Assembly: GCA_044226015.1 (NCBI GenBank)
Contig: JBGAHS010000009.1
Coordinates: 288,001 to 352,000 of the forward strand
Origin: Candidatus Obscuribacteraceae bacterium
GTDB taxonomy: Bacteria > Cyanobacteriota > Vampirovibrionia > Obscuribacterales > Obscuribacteraceae
Length of the DNA: 64,000 bases
Direction of reading: 5' to 3'
Part shown: piece by piece, positions 54,623-64,000 of the stretch
Position numbering within the stretch: the first letter of the stretch is position 1
How the letters are laid out: every line of letters starts with the position of its first letter
Translations under genes and position numbers: made by a program
Notes under the pieces: model-generated
What the model was told of the DNA's origin: nothing
What the model saw: only the letters and a program-made list of their open reading frames with translations
The model's database searches: none

Positions 54623-56839
54623 TTATGCGGCGAACGTTTTGGCTAAAGCTTGCCAGTGTAATTTGCAAAGATAGTTTAGCCATAAGATATCAGATGGCAG
54701 TATTCGCTCATTTTTCAGCGCCCTTGCCAGTTGTCCTGATAATGCCATCAGACCTGCCCGTGACAGCTTGTCCGAGAGATGGTGCAATTCATTACGTGAA
54801 AGGTCGTTGATGTTCTTGGCTCCGGACTCTGCCAGGAAAAGCAAAATTGTCTCTAGTTCAGCTAACGATTGATGAATTATTGGCGGAGCAAATTCAGAAA
54901 CACTCTGGGACTTGAGCATTTCCTGCCAGTCATCATCAGGTTGCAGTGCCGTCGGAATCGATGTGCGACTGTATTTCTTGCGCAGTTTCTCTAGTAAAAC
55001 AGATTGTCTGTATTCAATTCTTTTGTGGTCAAACGATGGATTCAAGATTTGATCACCTGATGGTGTGCCTTTGCTTATGAACGTAATGGGTTCTACAGCA
55101 TAACCCGAATTGTTGATTACTACCCTTACGACAATTTTGTCTAACTTATCGCGGTCGGGTTTGAGCGATTCTATAAACTCTATCGCTTTTTCATTTGTTT
55201 GATTCCATGGCAGTGTAAGAAGCACCATTTGTTCGCTGCCGTCAAAAAGTTGCCAGCACAGGGCTTGTTGCATTTCATCATAGTAACGTTCTCCCCATCT
55301 ATTCGGCTTTATTATTAGAATTCTGTCTAAGGGATTAAGCAGCTTCAAACCACATGGATACTGGGAGGAAGCATATTCTCTAAGTTCTGACCAATTGTTG
55401 ATTTCTTTCTTTCCGAAATCTATTTGGTTCGATTCAATGTTAGCGATATTGGATACCGATGTTTGCTGTGCACTCGACAATCGTCCAGCCGCATTAGCTC
55501 GGGCATTGCGCAGCGTAAACCTCGATCGTGAAAGACTGGACGCGGTTCCTGAGCCTGACCAAACAGACTCGAAATTGTAAATGTGATCTACGTCAAAGTC
55601 GGCGCTATTAGCTTTTGGGCGACTTGCACTCCAGGTGTAGAGCTTCGCTTTTGTGATTTCCCAAAATAATATAGTTAGTCCTTCAAATCCTGATTCGGAC
55701 TGCCACGGATAGGCACCAAGACCGCAGAGTGATAATTCACTTGTGTTGAAGTACTGCGTTCTAGCGACTCCAGCAAATTCTGTTTTGCTCTCGTCTGTGG
55801 CATTATCGATTGCCTTGCTTAAAGCTATTGTCCAACTCATGTTATCAAAAAGAAGTTGGGTGTTTGCTGAGGCTTCTCGATTAAGCAACTGGTGAATCTC
55901 GTGACTGAGAGTTCTTAGCAAATACGCAAGCCTGGGCATGAAATTGCTTGCTGCTGAAACTGACAATGTGCTGAGTCTTTCTTTTGTGCGTTCAGATGGA
56001 TGTGAGATGCCCGCAGCAAGCATGTTCTCAAGCAAAACCCTTGTGCTTCTCAGAATTTTCTTCTGCTCTTCAACATTGGCGAGAGATTTTTCTTGATATT
56101 CAATCTCTTTGCCCGCTGCTTTGTTGAGTTCCAGAATTGCACTTAGCACCCATCGCTTATGGAGAGACTTTGGAGCAGTCGAAATGATCGCCTCCAATAG
56201 TGCTTTTGCCGAGCTGTCAAAGCTAGGTAAGATACGAACCTCGATATCATGCAACGGAAAGCGAAAAATCAAGCCGGAACCACTCTGTTCCTCTTGCATG
56301 TCTAGAGCCGTTTGTTCTTGAACCTCTTTGAAGAGACTTTTCCCACACCATTTTATTAACTCTGCAGGAGTGAGCTTTAGCAGCAGAACTTTTATTTCAG
56401 CAGCTGAAAGCAATTTTGCTTCCGAAACTTTTGGAGTATCGACAATTTTATGATTTGTTTGCTCGTTGAAACCGGTTGTGTGCTGAGTCGGCTCGTTTTC
56501 CTTGTTATCTAACAGTGGTTCAATCTGCTCTGCAGCTGAACCTTCTTTTCTTGTGAGCAAGTGCTGTCTAAGGTATATTGTGGCGCAAATAATCTGTCTT
56601 GTTATGCCGCTGGCAGGAGTGTCATCTTTTGCTTTTGCAGGACCATCGGCAGGCATCCATACTGTCCAGTCAGGTCCTTTTATAACGAACTGATCACTCT
56701 CGTCTTCAATGCAGATCCTTATTGTTTCAAGGTCTTTCATGGCACGGCGAACGAGTCCCTTGTTTGCAAGTGCCACCAGACCGTCTTCATCTAGTGCTTC
56801 TAGAATTGCTTTCAATTTGGTCAGAAGCTCAGCTCTCAT
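54623..56839 (-). CDS. yehQ: YehQ-like protein with a degenerate SWIM finger
   Basis: N-terminus LVALANKGLVRRAMKDL and the internal LCGLGAYPW..GFEGLTILFW motif; last gene of the MoxR/VWA operon. Confidence 0.75.
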   Translation of the reverse strand: MRAELLTKLKAILEALDEDGLVALANKGLVRRAMKDLETIRICIEDESDQFVIKGPDWTVWMPADGPAKAKDDTPASGITRQIICATIYLRQHLLTRKEGSAAEQIEPLLDNKENEPTQHTTGFNEQTNHKIVDTPKVSEAKLLSAAEIKVLLLKLTPAELIKWCGKSLFKEVQEQTALDMQEEQSGSGLIFRFPLHDIEVRILPSFDSSAKALLEAIISTAPKSLHKRWVLSAILELNKAAGKEIEYQEKSLANVEEQKKILRSTRVLLENMLAAGISHPSERTKERLSTLSVSAASNFMPRLAYLLRTLSHEIHQLLNREASANTQLLFDNMSWTIALSKAIDNATDESKTEFAGVARTQYFNTSELSLCGLGAYPWQSESGFEGLTILFWEITKAKLYTWSASRPKANSADFDVDHIYNFESVWSGSGTASSLSRSRFTLRNARANAAGRLSSAQQTSVSNIANIESNQIDFGKKEINNWSELREYASSQYPCGLKLLNPLDRILIIKPNRWGERYYDEMQQALCWQLFDGSEQMVLLTLPWNQTNEKAIEFIESLKPDRDKLDKIVVRVVINNSGYAVEPITFISKGTPSGDQILNPSFDHKRIEYRQSVLLEKLRKKYSRTSIPTALQPDDDWQEMLKSQSVSEFAPPIIHQSLAELETILLFLAESGAKNINDLSRNELHHLSDKLSRAGLMALSGQLARALKNERILPSDILWLNYLCKLHWQALAKTFAA

Positions 56840-57972
56840 TTTTGCATGACCTCTGCTAACCAGTGAGCAAGTTCGATAGGAGTCAATGCAGCAATTTCCA
56901 TTCCCTCTGACGCCATTGCTTCGGCGACCTTAACATCATAAAAGGCATTAGCTTGCTCATCTAATGATGCGAGTCCAATGAGCTTTACGCCGGCACCTCT
57001 CATGCGTCGGCACGAAGCTATCATAGTTCGGGGATCTCCACCTTCGCAGAAATCAGTAACAAGGACGAAAATTGTTTTTGTAGGCATGCTAACCAGCGTT
57101 TCGCAGTATTTCATTGCGTTGCCTATGAGTGTGCCACCACTAAGCTGAACACTTAGCAATACCTCGACCGGGTCTGTTACATGCTCTGACAAATCGACTA
57201 TTGAGGTATCGAAGACAACCAGCCTGACTCTAACGGCAGGTAGACCGGACAATATTCCAGCCATCACAGCTGAATGAATAACACTGTTTACCATCGAACC
57301 AGATTGGTCGACGCAGAGAATTATTTCCCATGGTAAATGTCGCTTTACGCGCTGGAAGAAGCGTGGGTTTTCAACCACCAACTGCTTTCTTTCGTTGTTC
57401 CAATTCTTGAGATTACGTCGAATAGTCTCTTTGGCATCAAAGTTCTTTGCAATTTTATGCATGCTATTTCTATGGCGGCTTCTCTTCCCATTTATAGCGT
57501 TTAATATCTCTGAACTCAGTTTGCGTTTTAGCTCTTCAACTACTCTTGCAATTAGTTGTTTGGCCGCCGAAAGAACAGCGCCTCGCATATGCCCCTTCAA
57601 TTGCAGCATGGCGGCTAACAAATCGGTGCTAGGTTCTAGTCGCTTGAGTGTCTCAGGGTCTTCGATGATTTCCGTCATCTGATATCGATCGAGCGCGTGC
57701 TTGGTGATCTTTTCGTATGTTGATTTTGGAAAAAGTTCAGAAACTTCATTTAACCAGTTTGGAACGTTAAGCTGAGACGGGTCGAGTGAACCGGGACCAA
57801 GTCGCTTATCTTGTCTGACACCACGTCCGCGATACTCTCTCGAATAGAGAAGCTCAAGTGCATTATCCATGCGTTCTTGTTCTGCACTCAGGCAATTTGG
57901 CATCTTTGGTTTGGCGTATTTGCCCAAAACCAGGCGCCATCTTGAAAGGTTTCGATTTTTCTGATCACTCAT
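56836..57972 (-). CDS. yehP: VWA/CoxE-like protein (YehP-like)
   Basis: RWRLVLG start; MIDAS motifs DQSGSM, GGT and TDF. Probable start ATG 57972, overlapping the upstream stop. Confidence 0.88.
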   Translation of the reverse strand: MSDQKNRNLSRWRLVLGKYAKPKMPNCLSAEQERMDNALELLYSREYRGRGVRQDKRLGPGSLDPSQLNVPNWLNEVSELFPKSTYEKITKHALDRYQMTEIIEDPETLKRLEPSTDLLAAMLQLKGHMRGAVLSAAKQLIARVVEELKRKLSSEILNAINGKRSRHRNSMHKIAKNFDAKETIRRNLKNWNNERKQLVVENPRFFQRVKRHLPWEIILCVDQSGSMVNSVIHSAVMAGILSGLPAVRVRLVVFDTSIVDLSEHVTDPVEVLLSVQLSGGTLIGNAMKYCETLVSMPTKTIFVLVTDFCEGGDPRTMIASCRRMRGAGVKLIGLASLDEQANAFYDVKVAEAMASEGMEIAALTPIELAHWLAEVMQK

Positions 57973-60646
57973 GATTGTTGATACCGTCTGCAGATAGAGC
58001 TGCTTCAACTATTTTGTTTATTGCGATGCCGTAGCGCAAAGAGCCTTCATCGACATCCATATTGATCAATTCGCCCAGAGAACTTTCTCCATAGAAATTG
58101 CTTACAATCTCAGCAACTCTGCTTATATCTCTGGGAATCAGTGCGCTGAAAGCAAGTCGAAGATCTGGTAGCAAATCAACAAATGTTTCTTCATCCCAAT
58201 TTCTGAATTGTTGATCGAATGCTTGAATTACTGATGATAGTTGCCACGCAATTTCACAAGCTGTGTGTAGCAGCCCGCGCAGAATGCCTGTGCTCTTAGT
58301 AGGGTCGGTCGTAGCAGCTCCGAGGTAACCCAGAATTATGTCGATCAGTTCTTGCTCGGAAATTTTTCCTTCTGTGAACAAAATGCCGGCTGCTGCTCCC
58401 ACGATAGGCGCTTGTGTTTGCTGTGGAGGTGCGCAAACAAGTGCGTTCAGTCTGCCAAAGAAAAGTGAAGGGTCAAGATAGGAAGCCTCCAGCTCAGGCT
58501 CTTCGTCGCCGATGGCTTGTTCAGAACTGAGTACCTCCTTGAGTGTTAACATTGCTCGAAGGTTTTCTTCAAGTTGATCATTATTGCTTTTGTGTAAGTC
58601 TTCAAGCAAACGTGTAGAGCGCTCGTAGGCTGTTTGCATCAGTTTCGGCAGCGCCACTACTCGCGATGCTCCTAGAGGTTCTCTAGCACGATACAATAGT
58701 TCGATTTGAGAGACTCCGTTTGTGACCGAATAGAACGACGGATCTTCAGCAATATGCTTATCCAGTAATGGAATGAGCACCTCACAACGGTCATGCAGGC
58801 CAAGTCTCATGGACTGGTTTAGCAACTCGACAATGCGAGAGGTTGATCTCGCTTCAGCGTTCTTTTCCAGATCTCCCAGAATTTGCAGAAACTTTGTGTT
58901 AGCAGCTTCTTCAATGGTCGAGCCCAAGACAGAAATGTCCATCAATCGTCCCTCGACAAGTGGAGACCATCGACTTTCCCACCTTTCTATTATGAGCTCT
59001 AGCCCCCTGCCGTGAACGAAATCAGGACCATTAATGAGATGTGCGAAATCTATTTCTAAAAATGTGAGGCGATGAAAAAATCGACTTACTTCTCGATCTT
59101 TCTCGCTGCGATAAAGCTCTAGTTTATGCTCTTTCGTCTCAATGTGTTTTAGTGTAATTCGCAAACTGTTAGCTTCTTTGTAAAAGTCGTCGAAAATAGG
59201 AGGTAAATCGCCTCCCGGCGGAATGTCGCCAATTTTGTTTCCCGACATAGCCTGATGCACAACTCGCATCAGAAGTTGTCCTTCTACATTCAATTCGCCT
59301 TTTACGAAGCAAGCCCGAATGCCATCAACTATGTCCTCTCTCATTGGCCAGGAATGTCCTCTGAGTGCCGCCAGCTGTAAAGTCATTTGCATAGCGGCGA
59401 TAGTATCAGGTGTGCTGATTTGGTTTGAGAACTTCTGTTCTCTGCTAATTCTTCCAATTTCGACAAGCAGCTCTGCTGCTATATTGGCCAGCGCAGAGTC
59501 TCTTTGTGGATTGTGCGCAGCATTCCAGGTTCGATCATAATAACCAGGAGCCGGCATGCCTGAAGCATATCCAGCAAGCGCATCAAGCTGGTTGAAACTG
59601 TAACGTATTAGCCAGGAACCGACTTCGTCCTTTTCAAAATCTGGTTTGTCAGGTCTGCTTACAGCTTTCTCTACCAGATCAGGCAAAACGACTGTGTGAA
59701 ACCCACCGGTTACAACCAGAATCTTTCCTTTTACTTTTGCCATCGTCTCAACAATAGAGGCAGCCATACATGCTTCTCGAGCATTGGTGCCATCGAGGGC
59801 GAGTTCTTCATCTGAATAATCCAGGCGTGACATAAGGCAGTAGGTTGCCAGTCTCTCAATAAAAGCTTCTGTGCTCATCGACTCCAGATTGCTTTCAAAA
59901 AGGTGGTCCCAGAGTTCATCGAAGTCTCTACAGCCCAACCTATAAGCTAACTCTTTCAAATACTTGCTGTGTCGCAGGTGACCATCTTCGGTCAGCAGCT
60001 CTATCTTGACTGGCTCCGAAAGCTTTAAGAGTCTGGCTCTGTGCTCAGTTAGTACCATTTCGGCGTATTCAAGATCAATGAAGCGGAGTAGAGAACCACT
60101 TTTATTGCCTGCTTTTAGTGCCACTAATTCTGGTGAATAATCACAGAAGGGGTAGTATGCTGCAAACCTCGGAAGAAACGCTGAAAGCTCTGTGGAGCTA
60201 TTACTATCTGAAGCTTCCTTCTTGCTGTCGGGAGTCTGCTGCAACTCGGGAGGACCTTCGGATTTTGAGGAATCCTCTGAATTTTCCTGTTTCTCATTTG
60301 AACTCAATTCGCCTGATGCACTCTGAGCAGAACCTGCAGCAGCTGCTTCTATAGCACTTTTGATAAGCGAAAAATGGCGCTTCTTTTTATCCACAAAGCT
60401 GGTATAGATGGCGACAGGGCAACTTGTTCGTTCGTCCAAGAGCATAGGAATTCTTGAAGTAAATGAAGAAGGTCCTTCGATTAATATCGCTTCTGGCTTA
60501 TTCTCTGAAATCCATTTTTCAATTCTTAAAGCGCATGCGGGCGAATGGTGCCTGATTGGAAAATAAGTTACTCTTCCAGAATGCAGTTTTGGCAGCAGTT
60601 CTGCAAGATACTTTTCTGTGTCCTTAGTGTCAAGAGCCGAGCTCAT
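57965..60646 (-). CDS. yehM: DUF5682/YehM-like protein
   Basis: PIRHHSPACA, LIEGP, YSPE, REACMA, VVTGGFH and GYASGMPAP motifs. Confidence 0.88.
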   Translation of the reverse strand: MSSALDTKDTEKYLAELLPKLHSGRVTYFPIRHHSPACALRIEKWISENKPEAILIEGPSSFTSRIPMLLDERTSCPVAIYTSFVDKKKRHFSLIKSAIEAAAAGSAQSASGELSSNEKQENSEDSSKSEGPPELQQTPDSKKEASDSNSSTELSAFLPRFAAYYPFCDYSPELVALKAGNKSGSLLRFIDLEYAEMVLTEHRARLLKLSEPVKIELLTEDGHLRHSKYLKELAYRLGCRDFDELWDHLFESNLESMSTEAFIERLATYCLMSRLDYSDEELALDGTNAREACMAASIVETMAKVKGKILVVTGGFHTVVLPDLVEKAVSRPDKPDFEKDEVGSWLIRYSFNQLDALAGYASGMPAPGYYDRTWNAAHNPQRDSALANIAAELLVEIGRISREQKFSNQISTPDTIAAMQMTLQLAALRGHSWPMREDIVDGIRACFVKGELNVEGQLLMRVVHQAMSGNKIGDIPPGGDLPPIFDDFYKEANSLRITLKHIETKEHKLELYRSEKDREVSRFFHRLTFLEIDFAHLINGPDFVHGRGLELIIERWESRWSPLVEGRLMDISVLGSTIEEAANTKFLQILGDLEKNAEARSTSRIVELLNQSMRLGLHDRCEVLIPLLDKHIAEDPSFYSVTNGVSQIELLYRAREPLGASRVVALPKLMQTAYERSTRLLEDLHKSNNDQLEENLRAMLTLKEVLSSEQAIGDEEPELEASYLDPSLFFGRLNALVCAPPQQTQAPIVGAAAGILFTEGKISEQELIDIILGYLGAATTDPTKSTGILRGLLHTACEIAWQLSSVIQAFDQQFRNWDEETFVDLLPDLRLAFSALIPRDISRVAEIVSNFYGESSLGELINMDVDEGSLRYGIAINKIVEAALSADGINNHE

Positions 60647-61785
60647 GAACCGAGAATTCCCCTGCCATCATAGAATGATTTCCAGTGTTCGCTTTTCTTA
60701 GCTCTGTTTTTTACGACCACTTCAAAATACTGCCTGATCTTTTTTGCATCTTCGTCTGAGTCTTTAAGCAGCGTTCCTACTATCTGTTTAGCAAGGTGTT
60801 CTGCTTTCAATTTGCCATCACCAAAATAACAAGCATCGAGCCCAGCTGAGAATGCTACAGCTACAGCTTCTGCTGTGCTCATAGTAGTCGACGGCTTTTC
60901 AACAACAGTGCCTTCCTCTGTTTTCCCTTTTCTAAGGTCCACAAATGTTGTCACCAGTACATCAAGTACTTCTTTCTCCAGCAAAGTCTTTGCCTGTACG
61001 TTCTGCAATAGTTCATTCGCTTGCTGCATCACAAGCTCGATTTCAAATTCCTTTTCAGCAATTGCTGGAACTGTCTCGAAATTAAAGCGACGTTTTAGAG
61101 CGGCAGACATTTCATGAACGCCCCTGTCTCTTGTGTTTGCCGTTGCAATTATGTTGAATCCTGGCTTAGCAAAAAGCATATTGTCTTGTTCTTTGAGTTC
61201 CGGAATGTGCATAACTTTGTCGCTGAGTACACTAATCAGTGTGTCCTGAACCTCCGGTGGGCATCTGGTGATTTCCTCGAAACGCACTATTAATCCACCG
61301 TCCAGTCCGTGATACAGGGGCGCTGGAACGAGAGCGTTTTTACTCGGTCCTTCGGCAAGCAAGAGTGCATAATTCCACGAGTACTTTATCTGGTCATCGG
61401 AAGTTCCTGCTGTTCCTTGAATCGTGAGTGAACTCGTTCCGCTGATTGCTGCGGCCAGCAACTCTGACAGCATTGATTTGGCGGTGCCAGGTTCGCCAAC
61501 AAGAAGCAAACCGCGATTGCTCATCAGGGTAACAATCGCTCTATCAATCATCGCTGCGTTACCGTGAAATTTCTTGCTGATTTGTGGCGCGTCAGTTTCC
61601 TTTTTGTTCTTATGTTCAAACGAGCCCGCAGAACCAACGATGAAGTGGCGTACTGCGGCAGGACTTAGCTTCCACCCGGGTGGCTTTGGACTTTTGTCGT
61701 ATTTTGCTAGTGCAAGTAATTCTTCAGAGTATTTCAGTTCTGCGGGTTCTTTAATTAGCTCCGCCTTCGTTATGGCTTTGCTCAT
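60643..61785 (-). CDS. yehL: MoxR-type AAA+ ATPase (YehL-like)
   Basis: Walker A GEPGTAKS, YSWNYALL, Walker B RFEEITR, TANTRDRGVHEMSAALKRRFNF. Confidence 0.93.
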   Translation of the reverse strand: MSKAITKAELIKEPAELKYSEELLALAKYDKSPKPPGWKLSPAAVRHFIVGSAGSFEHKNKKETDAPQISKKFHGNAAMIDRAIVTLMSNRGLLLVGEPGTAKSMLSELLAAAISGTSSLTIQGTAGTSDDQIKYSWNYALLLAEGPSKNALVPAPLYHGLDGGLIVRFEEITRCPPEVQDTLISVLSDKVMHIPELKEQDNMLFAKPGFNIIATANTRDRGVHEMSAALKRRFNFETVPAIAEKEFEIELVMQQANELLQNVQAKTLLEKEVLDVLVTTFVDLRKGKTEEGTVVEKPSTTMSTAEAVAVAFSAGLDACYFGDGKLKAEHLAKQIVGTLLKDSDEDAKKIRQYFEVVVKNRAKKSEHWKSFYDGRGILGS

Positions 61786-61839
61786 TTTTTGTCTGCTCTC
61801 TCCTTCTATTAGATTGCATGAAGTGCTTTAACTGAGTGA

Positions 61840-63999
61840 TTAGAGTGCCGCTTTTTTCTCCCAATCTGCATCAAAGCCAGAGCCTTCAGCTGCTATCTGC
61901 TTGAGGTCGTTATAGCACTCGCTCAATAGAACTGCTGGAATTTTTCCAAGCGGCATGAAATTTTGGTTCCATGAGTATGAATTACTTTCTTTCTGAAGGC
62001 GTGTGAAATAGATTGATTTCAAAGCCGTAGCGATGTCTTGTTCTGGCAGATAGCTGCCAGTGAATTCTATAGTCGCTTCTAGTTCTAGTGCACCGAATTG
62101 TTTGCTGTAGGTAAAGAAGCAGCCTCCGTCTTCCGCTGCACCTCTGGTGTAACCGAGTTTGGTGGCTTTAGAGCGCAGTTTGAAGGAAGAGATCATGTGA
62201 CCCTGGAAATCAGTGATGGCAGAATCCTTACTCTTCGATTCTGGCAGCGTGTAAGGATCTCTTCCAAACTGCTTGAACAGTGGTGTTACATCGTAGTCTT
62301 TGAAGTGATTAATCCAGCCCTCGCTAAGCTCTGCCGGACAATTGCAAGCATGTGCCACGTAAACTAAGGTGTTCGCTTCTAACTTGACCTCTTCGTCTTT
62401 TTCGTTGGTCAGGCTTCCGTCTTCAAGAGGGCGGAAACAAGTAAGAAACACATTTTCATTTGCGTTGTCGGCGGCTCGTTCAAAGGCTGACCAGACTATC
62501 TTATTGCAAAGTCTTCCGACTACAGGATGGTCAGCTAGATAATGCTTCCAGTCCTCGTATTTCCACGAGCGTTGTGTACACAGCGCTTCGTAAAGTCGTT
62601 CTGTCTGCCTTTTTACTACTTCTTTGATTGCCTTTTTGGCATCGGAAAACTCTTTCTTTGCTTCTTTTGCCTTTTCCTCGTCATCTTCTTTTCCAGGATT
62701 GGGCAAAGCCTTGAGGATTTTATTTTCACCTTTAAGCGTGACGACTGGTTCAAGGTCATCATTGAGTTTAACTTCGAATTGTCTTGGTCCGAAATCTAAC
62801 TCTAATACTGCATCTCTGCCAATTGGAACGCCATGCTCATCAACGGGGCGCTCAAACCCTCCATCGGGTATTGTTCGATCTGCAAGCTCGTCGATAGTCC
62901 AACCTTGCCGGTCAGCTTTTGCTTGAACATGTTCTTCAGCAGCCAATTTGACAGCTTTTGTTTTAAATCTATTGGCGAAGGAAAGTAATACCTGAAGAGA
63001 GATTGCCTGGTCAATCCATGATAGAACCTCAATGAAGGCCTTGCTGTGAGCAAGTTTGTTACCCGCATATTTGCGAATGTATTTATCAATCATCTTGACG
63101 CTATTGGTATCGCCCGCAGCAGCAACTATAGCCAGCATTCCTTTTTGATCGATAGCAGAATTAAGCAGCGTTTGTATGATGTTGTTGTAATAGATTTTGT
63201 AGAGTGCTTCTTTTGAGCCGTAGTATTGCTGCCATTGCTGACCATAAGCTTTCCAGTGTTGTTCTGCATCTGCGTCGGCTTTCTTATGTGCCTCTTCATG
63301 TGAAGGATGAGCGGTATCATAGGTTATCCACGAGGACAACACATAATTGGCTAGTGCGCATGTTTCAGAAGGCTTGCACATGGACAAGTATTTTCTCAAA
63401 ATTGGTCCACAGATTGGAGACTTCTGTTGTACGCATTGTACTAACCACCATTTCACGATTTCTGGTTCAACTTGCTTGCCAGTGTCTTGCCAGTGAATTG
63501 CAGGAAGGGAGCCTAGAGGAAACCATTCCATTCCTTTCGGCATTTTCTTGAGACCATTACTAGCTTCCTTTGCGAGTTCTTCTCGGTTGAGGAATTCATC
63601 TACGTTTGCATCAAGCTTGTCCAAAGCAATCATGATGATTCCCTTAGCAGCTTCATTCTTTTCCTTCTTAAACGCTGCTTTGAGTGGCTCGATCGCTTCC
63701 CTGTCTCCAAGCTCTCCTAGCCATTCGGCAGCCGCAGATCTGATGGTTTGTTTGCCGTCGGATAGAGCGGCGACCACAGTTTTTGTTTTATCAGGCTGTG
63801 CCGATAGCGCTTTTTGGGCTCGATGCCGTTCGCTTTTGGCTTCACCCAGGGCTAGCTCCCAGAGTAATGGTAAGAACTCTGATGGAACCTGCGGAAACAT
63901 CGCCAGCACCTTGAACGCATTTGTGCGCATTGTATCTATTTCATAGGGACTGTATTTATGGGAAGGCGCAAGGACGCTTCTTATGATTTCCGGGTGTTG
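61840..63999 (-). CDS. DUF4132-domain protein with HEAT repeats (YehI/MolR-like); 5' end lies beyond the right edge
   Basis: ELADRTIPDGGF, LDFGPRQF, QTERLYEAL...W...HP and PFKQ-like motifs. The frame stays open upstream of ATG 63930 to the window end (QHPEIIRSVLAPSHKYSPYEIDT-M). Confidence 0.88.
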   Translation of the reverse strand, partial: QHPEIIRSVLAPSHKYSPYEIDTMRTNAFKVLAMFPQVPSEFLPLLWELALGEAKSERHRAQKALSAQPDKTKTVVAALSDGKQTIRSAAAEWLGELGDREAIEPLKAAFKKEKNEAAKGIIMIALDKLDANVDEFLNREELAKEASNGLKKMPKGMEWFPLGSLPAIHWQDTGKQVEPEIVKWWLVQCVQQKSPICGPILRKYLSMCKPSETCALANYVLSSWITYDTAHPSHEEAHKKADADAEQHWKAYGQQWQQYYGSKEALYKIYYNNIIQTLLNSAIDQKGMLAIVAAAGDTNSVKMIDKYIRKYAGNKLAHSKAFIEVLSWIDQAISLQVLLSFANRFKTKAVKLAAEEHVQAKADRQGWTIDELADRTIPDGGFERPVDEHGVPIGRDAVLELDFGPRQFEVKLNDDLEPVVTLKGENKILKALPNPGKEDDEEKAKEAKKEFSDAKKAIKEVVKRQTERLYEALCTQRSWKYEDWKHYLADHPVVGRLCNKIVWSAFERAADNANENVFLTCFRPLEDGSLTNEKDEEVKLEANTLVYVAHACNCPAELSEGWINHFKDYDVTPLFKQFGRDPYTLPESKSKDSAITDFQGHMISSFKLRSKATKLGYTRGAAEDGGCFFTYSKQFGALELEATIEFTGSYLPEQDIATALKSIYFTRLQKESNSYSWNQNFMPLGKIPAVLLSECYNDLKQIAAEGSGFDADWEKKAAL

Positions 64000-64000
64000 T

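Noticed and set aside
1..64000. rRNA, tRNA, transposase, integrase or prophage genes
   Set aside because: None recognised in the ORF translations or intergenic regions.

Overview
Bacterial chromosomal window, nearly all protein-coding. Gene style suggests a non-photosynthetic cyanobacterial relative such as Vampirovibrionia/Obscuribacterales; this is inference only. In order: (1) two tandem giant low-complexity genes on the minus strand. One is a >2001-aa YD-like-repeat protein that runs off the left edge and is missing from the ORF track; the other is a 3621-aa repeat/LysM/zinc-ribbon protein. (2) A hybrid histidine kinase, a response regulator, a MocR/PdxR-type regulator and an orphan cpaB. 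(3) A GAF-GGDEF diguanylate cyclase beside an atypical cellulose-synthase-like cluster: BcsA, split BcsC-like TPR and barrel genes, GH8, a GT-C transferase and an acyltransferase, with no bcsB. (4) pdxST, an EF-hand protein and an operon of three length-matched coiled-coil proteins. (5) An FAD oxidoreductase, then a non-coding array of 12 x 43-bp palindromic units directly upstream of an orphan AbiEi/DUF6088-like winged-helix gene; this is the best candidate for an undescribed system. (6) Spy/CpxP-like and TPR genes, eutB without eutC, and a yehI-L-M-P-Q-like MoxR/VWA operon running off the right edge. No rRNA, tRNA, transposase or true CRISPR array was recognised. All family assignments come from reading motifs by eye; no searches were run.
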